From an uncultured bacterium (GTDB taxonomy: Bacteria; Margulisbacteria; WOR-1; JAKLHX01), in contig CALFCX010000161.1 in assembly GCA_937950635.1 (NCBI GenBank), positions 1 to 50,202 on the forward strand: 50,202 nt of DNA, in the 5' to 3' direction. This document shows, piece by piece, positions 8,811 through 17,170 of the stretch (positions are counted from its first letter, which is position 1; every line of letters begins with the position of its first letter). The notes beneath the pieces were generated by a model. The model had not been told where the DNA came from and did not search any database. It saw only the letters and a program-made list of their open reading frames with translations. The translations under genes and the position numbers were made by a program.

Positions 8811-9891
8811 TTTTCATCTTCCTTATTATCGCGTCGGCCATTTGCGATGTCCCAACCGCCGTCGGATCATTCCGGTCCGGCTTCATGTCGTAAGTGACAT
8901 CCTTGCCTTCGGCTATGACCGCCGCAATGGCATTTTCAAGCTTATCGGCCGCGGCGTTTTCTTCCAGATATCGCAGCATAAGCACCGCGGAAAGCATCTG
9001 GGCTACCGGATTTACTTTATTCTGTCCTTTATACTTTGGAGCGCTGCCGTGGGTCGGCTCAAAAAGCGCGCATCCTTCTCCGATATTGGCTCCCGGCGCT
9101 ACACCAAGACCCCCGACAAGCCCTGCACAAAGATCTGAGATTATATCGCCGTAAAGGTTAGGCAGCACAAGGACATCATAAAGTTCGGGTTTTTGTACAA
9201 GCTGCATACACATATTGTCCACAAGAACTTCCTGGTATTCCACCCTGCCTTCGTAGTCTTTCGCGACCTGTTTTGCTACTGCGAGAAATAGGCCGTCGGT
9301 ATATTTCATAATATTGGCCTTTGTGACGGCGGTGACTTTTTTTCTTTTGTTCTTGACCGCGTAGTCAAAAGCGTATTTTACTATCCTTTTTGTCCCTGAG
9401 ACGGATATGGGCTTTATTGAGACTCCCGAGTCTTTCCTAATGGGCTTTTTGGATGCTCTTTCTATATCCGCAATGAGTTTTTTAGTTTCTTCTTTGCCCT
9501 CTTCGAACTCTATCCCGGCATAAAGATCTTCGGTGTTCTCTCTCACAATAACGAGATCTATATTTTCGTATTTCGAGCGGACACCTTTGTATGATTTGCA
9601 CGGACGCACACATGCATACAGGTCGAGCTCTTTGCGGAGAGCCACGTTCACGCTGCGGAATCCGGTACCGATCGGGGTGGTTATGGGCCCTTTCAGGGCT
9701 ATTTTATTTTGCCTTATGGAATCTATGACCTTTTGAGGAAGAGGGGTCCCCTCTTTTTCCATTACATCGATCCCTGCGTCCACTATTTCCCAATCTATTT
9801 TGACGCCGGTGGCATCAACACATCTTTTAGTGGCTTCAGAAATTTCAGGTCCTATACCGTCCCCGGGGATCAAAGTGATCTTATAAGGCAT
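8803..9891 (-). CDS. icd: Isocitrate dehydrogenase (beta-decarboxylating dehydrogenase family, IDH3-like)
   Basis: 362 aa. N-terminal [41 protein letters not shown] and [10 protein letters not shown] motifs. An isopropylmalate or homoisocitrate dehydrogenase cannot be fully excluded by eye. Confidence 0.7.
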   Translation of the reverse strand: MPYKITLIPGDGIGPEISEATKRCVDATGVKIDWEIVDAGIDVMEKEGTPLPQKVIDSIRQNKIALKGPITTPIGTGFRSVNVALRKELDLYACVRPCKSYKGVRSKYENIDLVIVRENTEDLYAGIEFEEGKEETKKLIADIERASKKPIRKDSGVSIKPISVSGTKRIVKYAFDYAVKNKRKKVTAVTKANIMKYTDGLFLAVAKQVAKDYEGRVEYQEVLVDNMCMQLVQKPELYDVLVLPNLYGDIISDLCAGLVGGLGVAPGANIGEGCALFEPTHGSAPKYKGQNKVNPVAQMLSAVLMLRYLEENAAADKLENAIAAVIAEGKDVTYDMKPDRNDPTAVGTSQMADAIIRKMKNV

Positions 9892-9915
9892 ATTGTCTCC
9901 TATCTAATTAAGAAA

Positions 9916-9924
9916 ATTATAGCA
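9916..9924 (-). promoter_or_regulatory. Extended -10 promoter TGCTATAAT for the icd-mdh-fum operon (leadered)
   Basis: Minus strand reads TGCTATAAT, then a 24-nt leader containing the AGGAGA Shine-Dalgarno 5 nt before the icd ATG. Confidence 0.4.
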
Positions 9925-9976
9925 TCTTGGCCGAATTCTGACCTGATTTTTGTCGATATATAAGTAGAGGGGCATT

Positions 9977-10819
9977 ATGGCAGTATCTCCAGTTAAATTC
10001 ACTAGACCTTTAACACCGTCTCAACAAATGGTGTATGAAAGCTTTATTACAACCGGCGCAAGGATCTCCCGCGATTTTGGGATTCAGACAAAGATTCGCG
10101 GTTCTGATATTGAAAGATTAGACCGCCAAATGGCCGATCTGTCTCCAAGCAGGCAGGAAATGGAAGATTTCATCTATGGCGCAACAAGACACAAAATAGA
10201 CCTATTAAATAAAAGCGTTCAGCCAAGCGATAGGCAGGCGCAGCTTTGCGAGTCGGCTTTGCGGTCCGCAAAAGAAGTGGTCAATCATGCAGGGTTCTCT
10301 TTTGATCCTCCGGAAGTAGTCTTTATCCCGTCCAGCGCGTTTTCCGACAGGCTGCTTGGCCTTTATCTATCATTTGTTAACAAAGCCGCTATCCCTGCGG
10401 AAGGGCTGGATGACAGGACTACAGTGCAATCCATAATTCACGAATCTCTGCACGGAACTTCCTTTGGTCTTCCCGGACCGCTGGATGAGGGAGTAACGGA
10501 ATTTTTGGCAGTACTCGGAATGGATGGCTTCGGCAAGGTAAATCCCGGGGTATTGGATATCCCTGATAATCCTCAAGACCTTGCCAGGAAAGAATACCAG
10601 GCGGAGTACGGAACTTTTGTCTTGTTCCTGATGAAAGGCTGTTTCGAAAAGATCAACAAAGCCTATTTCACCGGAGATGATACCGATTTGTCAAGCGCTC
10701 TCGGGGCGGGAACTTGGAACAATATAAGAGAATTGTCTTTTAAATATTGTTTGGAAGACAGACCTGGAGATATTGACTATTTTGAGGCTGTAATGAAACT
10801 GCTAGGTATAAATATTTAA
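9977..10819 (+). CDS. Hypothetical protein with a gluzincin-like HExxH...EGxxE motif (possible Peptidase_MA-like metalloprotease)
   Basis: 280 aa with no signal peptide or TM segment. IIHESLHGTSFGLPGPLDEGVTEFLA carries HExxH plus a downstream EG..E. SD (AGAGGGG) precedes the ATG. Confidence 0.4.
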   Translation: MAVSPVKFTRPLTPSQQMVYESFITTGARISRDFGIQTKIRGSDIERLDRQMADLSPSRQEMEDFIYGATRHKIDLLNKSVQPSDRQAQLCESALRSAKEVVNHAGFSFDPPEVVFIPSSAFSDRLLGLYLSFVNKAAIPAEGLDDRTTVQSIIHESLHGTSFGLPGPLDEGVTEFLAVLGMDGFGKVNPGVLDIPDNPQDLARKEYQAEYGTFVLFLMKGCFEKINKAYFTGDDTDLSSALGAGTWNNIRELSFKYCLEDRPGDIDYFEAVMKLLGINI

Positions 10820-13089
10820 ACAACCGGCCCCATCAATTCCTTAGCTATCCTGATCTGCCCCAACGCTATCCCGCCGTTGTTGGTAGGAACTTTTTCGTTG
10901 ATATAAACCTCGAGGCGGACTTTTTTTAGCTCGCGGATAGCGGCTTCAAGCAGGAGCATGTTCTGAAAGACCCCGCCCGAAAGGCAGACTTTTTTTATCT
11001 TTGTTTCCTTTGATATGCTCTTGCAAACCCTGGCTATGGCTTTGCCCAAAGTATTGTGGAATTTATAGGAGATGTTCTCGGCCGGCACCCCAGCTTTTAT
11101 ATCTTCCACTATTTCCCTTATCATGACAGCGGGATCAAGCACATTGTTCTGGCTTATTTCGAAATTATATGACTTGTATCCTTTGCCGGCAGCGATAGTT
11201 TCGAGTTCCGATGCCGCCTGCCCCTCGTAAGAGATCTCATCTCTTATGCCCAAAAGAGAAGATACCGCGTCGAACAACCTTCCGGCGCTTGAAGTAAGAG
11301 GAGCATCGGCTGATCTCAGCGCCTTCCTGATCTGCCGGACCTTATCTTTATGTTTTTTTATAAAGTCTATCTTCAGCTTGAAAGCCTCTTCCCCGAAAGC
11401 ATCATAAAGGAAAGAGAACGCCATTTTGTAGGGCTCTTTCACTGCAGAAGGACCGTCGGGCATGAGGACAGGCTTTAAATGCCCTTTCCTGTCAAATCTG
11501 CCCGGCTTGCCTACAAATATCTCACCGCCCCAAACAGTCCCGTCAGTCCCGTACGCCTGTCCGTCAAAAGCCACCCCTATGACATCCGAACCTATGCTGT
11601 GCTCCGCTATTACCGAAGCTATGTGGGCATGATGATGTTGTATCGGAAAATGACTTATCCCATGAAGGGCTTTTGCATATCTGGCACAGTAATGTCCAGG
11701 ATCCATATCATAAGCTACCGCCACAGGCCTGACCCTGAGCAGCGATTCCATTCTCGAAACTGCCTTTCTGAAAAAGTTCTGAGTATCCTGTATTGAAAGA
11801 TCCCCTATATACTGCGACAGAATAACGCTTTTACCGCGCGAAACGCCAAAAACATTGTTGTGCTGGGCGCCTGTGGCAAGTATTTCCGGCATTGTTTCGG
11901 AAGATATCTTTATAGGATCGGGCACATATCCTTTTGATCTTCTTATCTTTATCACTTTGTTCTTTATCGTGCGAACTATGGAATCGTCGGTACGGTTGAT
12001 TATTTTTCTGTCGTAAACAAGGAAATAGTCGGCCATCCCTTTCAAAAGGGCAACGGCCTTATCGTCATCCTTTATTATCGGCTCTCCCGTGCTGTTGGCC
12101 GAAAGCATGACAAGCGCCAGGAAATTATCTTTTACTATCAGGTAGTGGACCGGGGCAGACGGCATTACGACCCCGATATTGCCGTTGCGGCTGGCGATCT
12201 CTTCCGGAAGGAGCATGCCTTTCCTTTTCTTAAGTATCACTACGGGCCGTGCAGGGCTTTGCAGAAGCTCGGCTTCTTTGTCCCCGACCTTGGCAAAGGA
12301 TTTTATCTCTTTTAAACTGTACGACATGACGGCAAAAGGTCTGTCCGGGCTTTGTTTGCGCTTTCTAAGCTCTTTGATGGCGGCCGGATTGGACGCATCA
12401 CAAAAAAGGTGATAACCGCTCATGCCTTTAACCGCCAGTATTTTCCCCTCTTTGATAAGCTGAACGGCTTTTAATATTGGGTCCAGCGTTTCTATCCTGC
12501 GACCGTTCTGGTCAAGCAAGAAAATATGCGGACCGCAGTCTTCGCAGGCGTTCGGTTCGGCATGGAACCTTCTGTTCCCCGGATCGGAATATTCGTACTC
12601 GCACAGGCTGCACATATGGAAAGAATTCATGCTTGTTCTGGCCCGGTCATACGGAACATCCCTTATTATCGAGAATCTGGGGCCGCAAACGGTGCAGTTT
12701 ATGAAAGGATAGCCGAACCTTCTGTCTTTCGGGTTGAAAAGCTCTTTTTCACATTCCTTGCAGGTCCCTATATCAGGAGGGATGTGCACCGTTTTTTTGC
12801 CGCTTTGCGCCGAAGGAAGTATCCTGAAGCTCATATATCCGATCGCCGGAAGCTGAACCGATTCAACCCTCAGTATCCTTGAGTTAGGCGGCTGTTTTGC
12901 GTTTATCTGCGCGAGAAATTTATCCACTTGGGACGCGTTACCTTCGACCTCGACCACAACTCCGTCCGGAGCATTTAAGACCATGCCCGACAATCCCAGT
13001 TTTTTGGCAATATTGTATATAGTGGGCCTAAAACCCACGCCCTGGACCTTACCTTTGAATACGAACCTTTTCCTTGTTATGGATTCCAC
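10816..13089 (-). CDS. hypF: [NiFe]-hydrogenase maturation carbamoyltransferase HypF
   Basis: 757 aa. N-terminal acylphosphatase domain (FKGKVQGVGFRP), paired CxxC zinc fingers (CKECEKE...CTVCGPRF; CSLCEYEY...CEDCGP), YrdC-like and Kae1-like domains in the canonical order. GTG start. Confidence 0.9.
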   Translation of the reverse strand: MESITRKRFVFKGKVQGVGFRPTIYNIAKKLGLSGMVLNAPDGVVVEVEGNASQVDKFLAQINAKQPPNSRILRVESVQLPAIGYMSFRILPSAQSGKKTVHIPPDIGTCKECEKELFNPKDRRFGYPFINCTVCGPRFSIIRDVPYDRARTSMNSFHMCSLCEYEYSDPGNRRFHAEPNACEDCGPHIFLLDQNGRRIETLDPILKAVQLIKEGKILAVKGMSGYHLFCDASNPAAIKELRKRKQSPDRPFAVMSYSLKEIKSFAKVGDKEAELLQSPARPVVILKKRKGMLLPEEIASRNGNIGVVMPSAPVHYLIVKDNFLALVMLSANSTGEPIIKDDDKAVALLKGMADYFLVYDRKIINRTDDSIVRTIKNKVIKIRRSKGYVPDPIKISSETMPEILATGAQHNNVFGVSRGKSVILSQYIGDLSIQDTQNFFRKAVSRMESLLRVRPVAVAYDMDPGHYCARYAKALHGISHFPIQHHHAHIASVIAEHSIGSDVIGVAFDGQAYGTDGTVWGGEIFVGKPGRFDRKGHLKPVLMPDGPSAVKEPYKMAFSFLYDAFGEEAFKLKIDFIKKHKDKVRQIRKALRSADAPLTSSAGRLFDAVSSLLGIRDEISYEGQAASELETIAAGKGYKSYNFEISQNNVLDPAVMIREIVEDIKAGVPAENISYKFHNTLGKAIARVCKSISKETKIKKVCLSGGVFQNMLLLEAAIRELKKVRLEVYINEKVPTNNGGIALGQIRIAKELMGPVV

Positions 13090-13180
13090 GCAACAACCCT
13101 TCTTCTTTTTTCTTTATTGCTCTGGGGCTTTCATAAAAATGGTGTTTTGACCGAGGAAGTCCCGTATCTTTTAGGTATTA

Positions 13181-13209
13181 ATTATAGCAATTTTGGCGTT
13201 GCATGTCAA
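13181..13209 (-). promoter_or_regulatory. Consensus sigma70-type promoter TTGACA-17-TATAAT upstream of hypF
   Basis: Minus strand reads TTGACA tgcaacgccaaaattgc TATAAT. Both hexamers are perfect with a 17-nt spacer. It predicts a leader of about 85 nt before the hypF GTG. Confidence 0.55.
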
Positions 13210-13240
13210 TGGATTTTTTTGGCTTATTTATGCTGTTTTT

Positions 13241-13894
13241 TTAGAAGGTATAGCTATATCCCAGCATCGCCTCGACCCCTTTGAGGGCTGTCTCGTTCTG
13301 GGTATATTTTATCCCCGTGTAGGCAAGTTCGCCGTATATGGATGCGTTATCCCTGACGGCATATTTGCTCCCAAAATATGCGTGGGCGCCCCATCCGCCC
13401 GAATTTGTTTCTCTGTTCACCCTGAAAGGATATATAAAACCGCCGCCGACATAAACATTCAGCGGGGAATCGAACGCTTTCAAGGTGCCCAGGGAATAAA
13501 TGGCGTCAAGATTGACGGTTGCCAGTTTCAGGGCTCTGGTCTTTGCGCTTTCGGCACCTGTCAGATAGCCGAAACTGCCTCTAAGGGATGCCCCTTTAAG
13601 CAGCTGGTCCAAGGGATAAGAAACGTCGCCCACGGCGCCCGTCAACCCAGCGCTTGATCCAGCTTTTATGCCTACCTCTAACCCGGTTTTTTCTGCGGGC
13701 CGATCGCCGTCGTAAGAGGTCGAGAACTTCAAAGGCACTGGTTTTTGTGCGGACCTGCCTAACGGTATAGATGTTTTCGCCTGTCCTCCAAAAGAAACGG
13801 ATTTCTTTACCGTCCGCCCGGAAGCTTCCCTGGACTGGGAATGACCGGTCCCGGCAATCAATATGAACATAATTATAACCGCGATCTTTTTCAT
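13241..13894 (-). CDS. Small outer-membrane beta-barrel protein (OmpW/OmpX-size)
   Basis: 217 aa. Signal peptide MKKIAVIIMFILIAGTGHS, alternating hydrophobic beta-strand pattern, and C-terminal LGYSYTF ending in Phe (OMP beta-signal). Confidence 0.55.
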   Translation of the reverse strand: MKKIAVIIMFILIAGTGHSQSREASGRTVKKSVSFGGQAKTSIPLGRSAQKPVPLKFSTSYDGDRPAEKTGLEVGIKAGSSAGLTGAVGDVSYPLDQLLKGASLRGSFGYLTGAESAKTRALKLATVNLDAIYSLGTLKAFDSPLNVYVGGGFIYPFRVNRETNSGGWGAHAYFGSKYAVRDNASIYGELAYTGIKYTQNETALKGVEAMLGYSYTF

Positions 13895-13949
13895 GTCTTT
13901 GCTCCGGGTCCTTTACCGGTAAAAGTCTATCACTAATGACAATTCCCGG

Positions 13950-15191
13950 TCAATCATCAAGCATCAGCGCTTTTTCCCTGCGTTTTCTGTGGTAAGAGAC
14001 CGCGAAACGGTGTACTTCGTCCCTCAGGGCCCTTAATAAAAGAAGGGCCTTTGAATCAAGAGGAAGGACAAGCGGAGCCGGTCCCTGCAATGTATAGATC
14101 TCTTCTTTTTTCTTAGCTATGGAAATAAGGGATACTCTTTCGACATTTGCATCTTTAAGGGCTTTTTGAGCGCTTGCCAGCTGGCCCGCGCCGCCGTCTA
14201 TGACCACCAGATCGGGAAAAGGAAGCCGGTCTTTAAGGCTTCCGGAATACCTTCTGAGCACTGTCTCATAAATAGCGGCCGTATCATTAGGCATCTTGGC
14301 CGCAGATATCTTGAACCTGCGATAATGTTCTTTTTTTGGCGCCCCATTTTCAAATACAGCCATACCTCCGACCGTTTCCGAAGACCCGGTATTGGATATA
14401 TCAAAAGCTTCTATGCGTACCGGCAGTTCAGCAAGGCCAAGCTTATCCTTAAGGTCCCTTAAAGCCGCATCATTTCTACGGGGCGGACGGGAAGCGCCGA
14501 AAGGAACATCTATGGACCTCTCAATAAGGTAAAGCTTGTCGCGCAGGTCTGCAGCCAGCTCGAATTTTTTCTTTGAACTTGCTTCTTCCATCCGTCTTCT
14601 TATTTCTTCGGCAAATTTTTCAGGCCCGGAACTTAAGAACTTCTTTGCCTGAGATGCTCTGGCGGCATATTTCTGTTTTGATATGCGGCCTATGCACGGG
14701 GCCTGGCACCTTTTCATATAATAGTTGAGGCACGGCTGTCTTCTCTTTTTAAAAACACCCGAAGAGCAGCTCCTAAGGCCGAAAACCCTGGAAACTATCT
14801 TAATTATCTGTCTGGCGCCGGCCGACCTGAAAGGCCCAAAATATTCAGCCCCGTCCGGTTCCGTTTTTCTGGATATTTTGAGCGCAGGATAGTCTTCGTT
14901 AAGCGTGAATTTCACGTAAGGATACTGCTTATCGTCCCGCATTGACACGTTATACCGGGGCTTGTGTTTCTTGATCAAACCGGCCTCAAGAATGAGCGCG
15001 GAAAGCTCTCCTTTTGTGAGGATGTAATCAGCCGAGGCTATTTTTCCGGCGAGCTTGGTCCTTAAATGCGCGGCCACTCTTTTTTTTATCGACTTGGACT
15101 TGCCTATATAAACGATCCTGCCGCTATCGTCCTTAAGAAGATAGACCCCACATTTGTCCGGCAGCTCTGCAATGGCCCGCGTAGATATCAT
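13950..15191 (-). CDS. uvrC: Excinuclease ABC subunit C, compact form lacking the C-terminal (HhH)2 domain
   Basis: 413 aa. GIY-YIG (GVYLLKDDSGRIVYIGKSKSIKKR), Cys-rich CLNYYMKRCQAPCIG, UVR motif (FELAADLRDKL), RNase H-like nuclease (FDISNTGSSETVGGMAVF ... VIDGGAGQL). The ORF ends just after this domain. Confidence 0.8.
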   Translation of the reverse strand: MISTRAIAELPDKCGVYLLKDDSGRIVYIGKSKSIKKRVAAHLRTKLAGKIASADYILTKGELSALILEAGLIKKHKPRYNVSMRDDKQYPYVKFTLNEDYPALKISRKTEPDGAEYFGPFRSAGARQIIKIVSRVFGLRSCSSGVFKKRRQPCLNYYMKRCQAPCIGRISKQKYAARASQAKKFLSSGPEKFAEEIRRRMEEASSKKKFELAADLRDKLYLIERSIDVPFGASRPPRRNDAALRDLKDKLGLAELPVRIEAFDISNTGSSETVGGMAVFENGAPKKEHYRRFKISAAKMPNDTAAIYETVLRRYSGSLKDRLPFPDLVVIDGGAGQLASAQKALKDANVERVSLISIAKKKEEIYTLQGPAPLVLPLDSKALLLLRALRDEVHRFAVSYHRKRREKALMLDD

Positions 15192-15640
15192 TAAGCGGAA
15201 GGGATCACGGATACCTGTGTTTTTGCCTCTATATCGGAAAACAGCTTGACCGTAACAGGATAATTTCCGGGAGCTTTTATATGTTGCTCAAGATGTACTT
15301 TTCTTTTATCCAGTTCTATCCCGGCGGCTTCTTTTATGGCGGCCGCTACATCGGAAGAAGAAACAGAACCGAACATCTTGCCGCCCTCTCCGACATCAAC
15401 CCTGATCTCCAAGGACAATCCGCTGATCTTTTTGGCGGTCTCCCTGAGTACGGCCTTTTTCTCCTCTAGCTTCTTCTCTATCTTTTTCCTGTTCCTCTCG
15501 AGAAGCTTGATGGCGGGCGCCGTAGCGGCCACGGCTATTTTTTTGGGTATCAGATAATTGCGCGCATAGCCCTCAGAAACCTCTACTATATCGTTCTCAT
15601 CACCTATATTCACTGTATCCTTAAGCAATATGACTTTCAT
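15191..15640 (-). CDS. rplI: 50S ribosomal protein L9
   Basis: MKVILLKDTVNIGDENDIVEVSEGYARNYLIPKKIA is a canonical L9 N-terminus. Start placed at the internal ATG 15640, which is preceded by GGAG. The ORF track extends to 15667. Confidence 0.85.
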   Translation of the reverse strand: MKVILLKDTVNIGDENDIVEVSEGYARNYLIPKKIAVAATAPAIKLLERNRKKIEKKLEEKKAVLRETAKKISGLSLEIRVDVGEGGKMFGSVSSSDVAAAIKEAAGIELDKRKVHLEQHIKAPGNYPVTVKLFSDIEAKTQVSVIPSA

Positions 15641-15644
15641 TTTT

Positions 15645-15929
15645 CTACTCCGCAGTGTAAGGGACAAAACCTATCTGTCTTGCCCTCTTTATTTCTTTGG
15701 AAAGCGCTCTTTGATGCTTGGCGCAGCAGCCGGAAGATCTCTGGGTCATTATCTTCCCGCGCTCGGTCATGAACTTGCGCATAAGATCTATATTCCTGAA
15801 ATCCGGGAGGTTCTTGTTCGCGCAGAAGAAGCAGGGTTTTTTGCGTCTTTTCCTGCCGTCCGGATGACCGTCCCTTTTTTTATTTCTTCTGTCACCGCCA
15901 AAAGTTTTTTTTCGGACTTCTCCAACCAT
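15645..15929 (-). CDS. rpsR: 30S ribosomal protein S18
   Basis: 94 aa. CFFC...D...ID...L.KF.TERGKI and RALSKEIKRARQIGFVPY motifs. Confidence 0.9.
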   Translation of the reverse strand: MVGEVRKKTFGGDRRNKKRDGHPDGRKRRKKPCFFCANKNLPDFRNIDLMRKFMTERGKIMTQRSSGCCAKHQRALSKEIKRARQIGFVPYTAE

Positions 15930-16348
15930 TAGAATGGCACCTCCTGATCGTTAGTATTTATTCCTTCATCAGCTCCGGCCGGATCCTTAGAACCTTGGGT
16001 CTGTTTTTGAGCCCCGTCCTGTTTGCGGCCCAGCATTTGCATGTTTTCCGCTACCACTTCCGCATAAACCTTCTGCTGTCCGTCTTTTTCGTACTGTCTT
16101 ATCTGCAGCGAGCCGTCTATGGCTACCGGCTGGCCTTTTTTAAGATAGGTCTTGCAGATCTCCGCAAGCTTCCTCCAGGCGACCACATTTATAAAATCAA
16201 CGTCATTTCCGGAATCCGACGATCCGGAGGTCTTGGAAGTAAAGCGGTTCACAGCTATAGAGAACCTGGCAACCGCGATCCCCGACGTTGTATATCTTAC
16301 CTCCGGGTCCCTGGTCAAATTACCTATAAGAAAAGCCTTGTTATACAT
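15929..16348 (-). CDS. ssb: Single-stranded DNA-binding protein (paralogue 2)
   Basis: 139 aa. OB-fold N-terminus NKAFLIGNLTRDPEVRYT, FINVVAWRKLAE, a disordered tail and the acidic tip DQEVPF. Confidence 0.85.
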   Translation of the reverse strand: MYNKAFLIGNLTRDPEVRYTTSGIAVARFSIAVNRFTSKTSGSSDSGNDVDFINVVAWRKLAEICKTYLKKGQPVAIDGSLQIRQYEKDGQQKVYAEVVAENMQMLGRKQDGAQKQTQGSKDPAGADEGINTNDQEVPF

Positions 16349-16755
16349 CAGAAAGGAAGGTCCTCTCCTAAATAACCGCCTTCATCTTGCGTTTTAACTG
16401 CGTCCCTGTTCTCTTGGCGGTTCTTAGCCGCCTTTTTACCGTCCAAAGCCACTATATTGCCGGCAACAACCTCTGTAACATATCTTTTGACGCCTTCTTT
16501 GGTATCGAAAGATCTGTTCTGGATCCTGCCTTCGACAAGGGCCATCTGCCCTTTCGACAGGCTCTCGGAAGCGTATTCCGCATTGTTGCGCCAAGCTATT
16601 ATATCTATGAAATCCGTCTCTTTAGGCGCGGAACCGAACTTCATCCGATCGACGGCCAGCTGGAATCTTGTCATTGGGACCGCGTCCATAGTGGTTCGGA
16701 TCTCCGGATTAGTAGTGAGGCGGCCGACCAGGATTATCTTATTCAGGCTTGCCAA
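16348..16755 (-). CDS. ssb: Single-stranded DNA-binding protein (paralogue 1)
   Basis: 135 aa. NKIILVGRLTTNPEIR, FIDIIAWRNNAE and the acidic tip GEDLPF. The stop overlaps the start of paralogue 2 (shared nt 16348). Confidence 0.8.
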   Translation of the reverse strand: MASLNKIILVGRLTTNPEIRTTMDAVPMTRFQLAVDRMKFGSAPKETDFIDIIAWRNNAEYASESLSKGQMALVEGRIQNRSFDTKEGVKRYVTEVVAGNIVALDGKKAAKNRQENRDAVKTQDEGGYLGEDLPF

Positions 16756-17113
16756 TTAACATCTCCGGATTAACTTCAACCGCGCTTTCAGCTTCTTTTT
16801 CTTCAACCTGCTGTATCTCTTCCGGCGCTTTTGTTATAACGTAGCGGATCACGTCTTCGTTCACGCGTATCATAGAATTGAGGTCGTTCGGGAGGTTTCT
16901 GGGCCCCTCGAACTCAAAATCCGCAAAAAGCCCTTCTTTTATGCCGTTGAACTTTCTCATCCTTGAAGCCAGTTTTCTCATTACGGGCTTGGACGCCTTT
17001 ATGACGCTCCCGCCGGCAGAGGAGATCTTCTTCTCTATTTTTGCCAAAGCGGATTCGCTCTGGGTTTCCGCGGTACCGGGCTTGAAAGCAAGCACTAACA
17101 CATACTTATCCAT
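16739..17113 (-). CDS. rpsF: 30S ribosomal protein S6
   Basis: 124 aa. Y.LVL.F.P start, S6-type fold pattern, acidic C-terminal tail. First gene of the conserved rpsF-ssb-rpsR-rplI context. Confidence 0.8.
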   Translation of the reverse strand: MDKYVLVLAFKPGTAETQSESALAKIEKKISSAGGSVIKASKPVMRKLASRMRKFNGIKEGLFADFEFEGPRNLPNDLNSMIRVNEDVIRYVITKAPEEIQQVEEKEAESAVEVNPEMLIGKPE

Positions 17114-17122
17114 TATGTTTAG

Positions 17123-17151
17123 ATTATACCAAAGGCAGGAGCGATATACAA
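17123..17151 (-). promoter_or_regulatory. Promoter TTGTAT-17-(TGG)TATAAT, 9 nt upstream of the rpsF ATG
   Basis: Minus strand reads TTGTAT atcgctcctgcctttgg TATAAT ctaaacata ATG. It has an extended -10 TG and no SD in the 9-nt gap. Confidence 0.45.
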
Positions 17152-17170
17152 GCGGAGCCCAAGGCTTGTT

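Noticed and set aside
13114-13134. 6-codon upstream ORF (ATGAAAGCCCCAGAGCAATAA, MKAPEQ*) in the hypF leader.
   Set aside because: It has no SD, is very short, and I have no conservation data. It cannot be told apart from chance.
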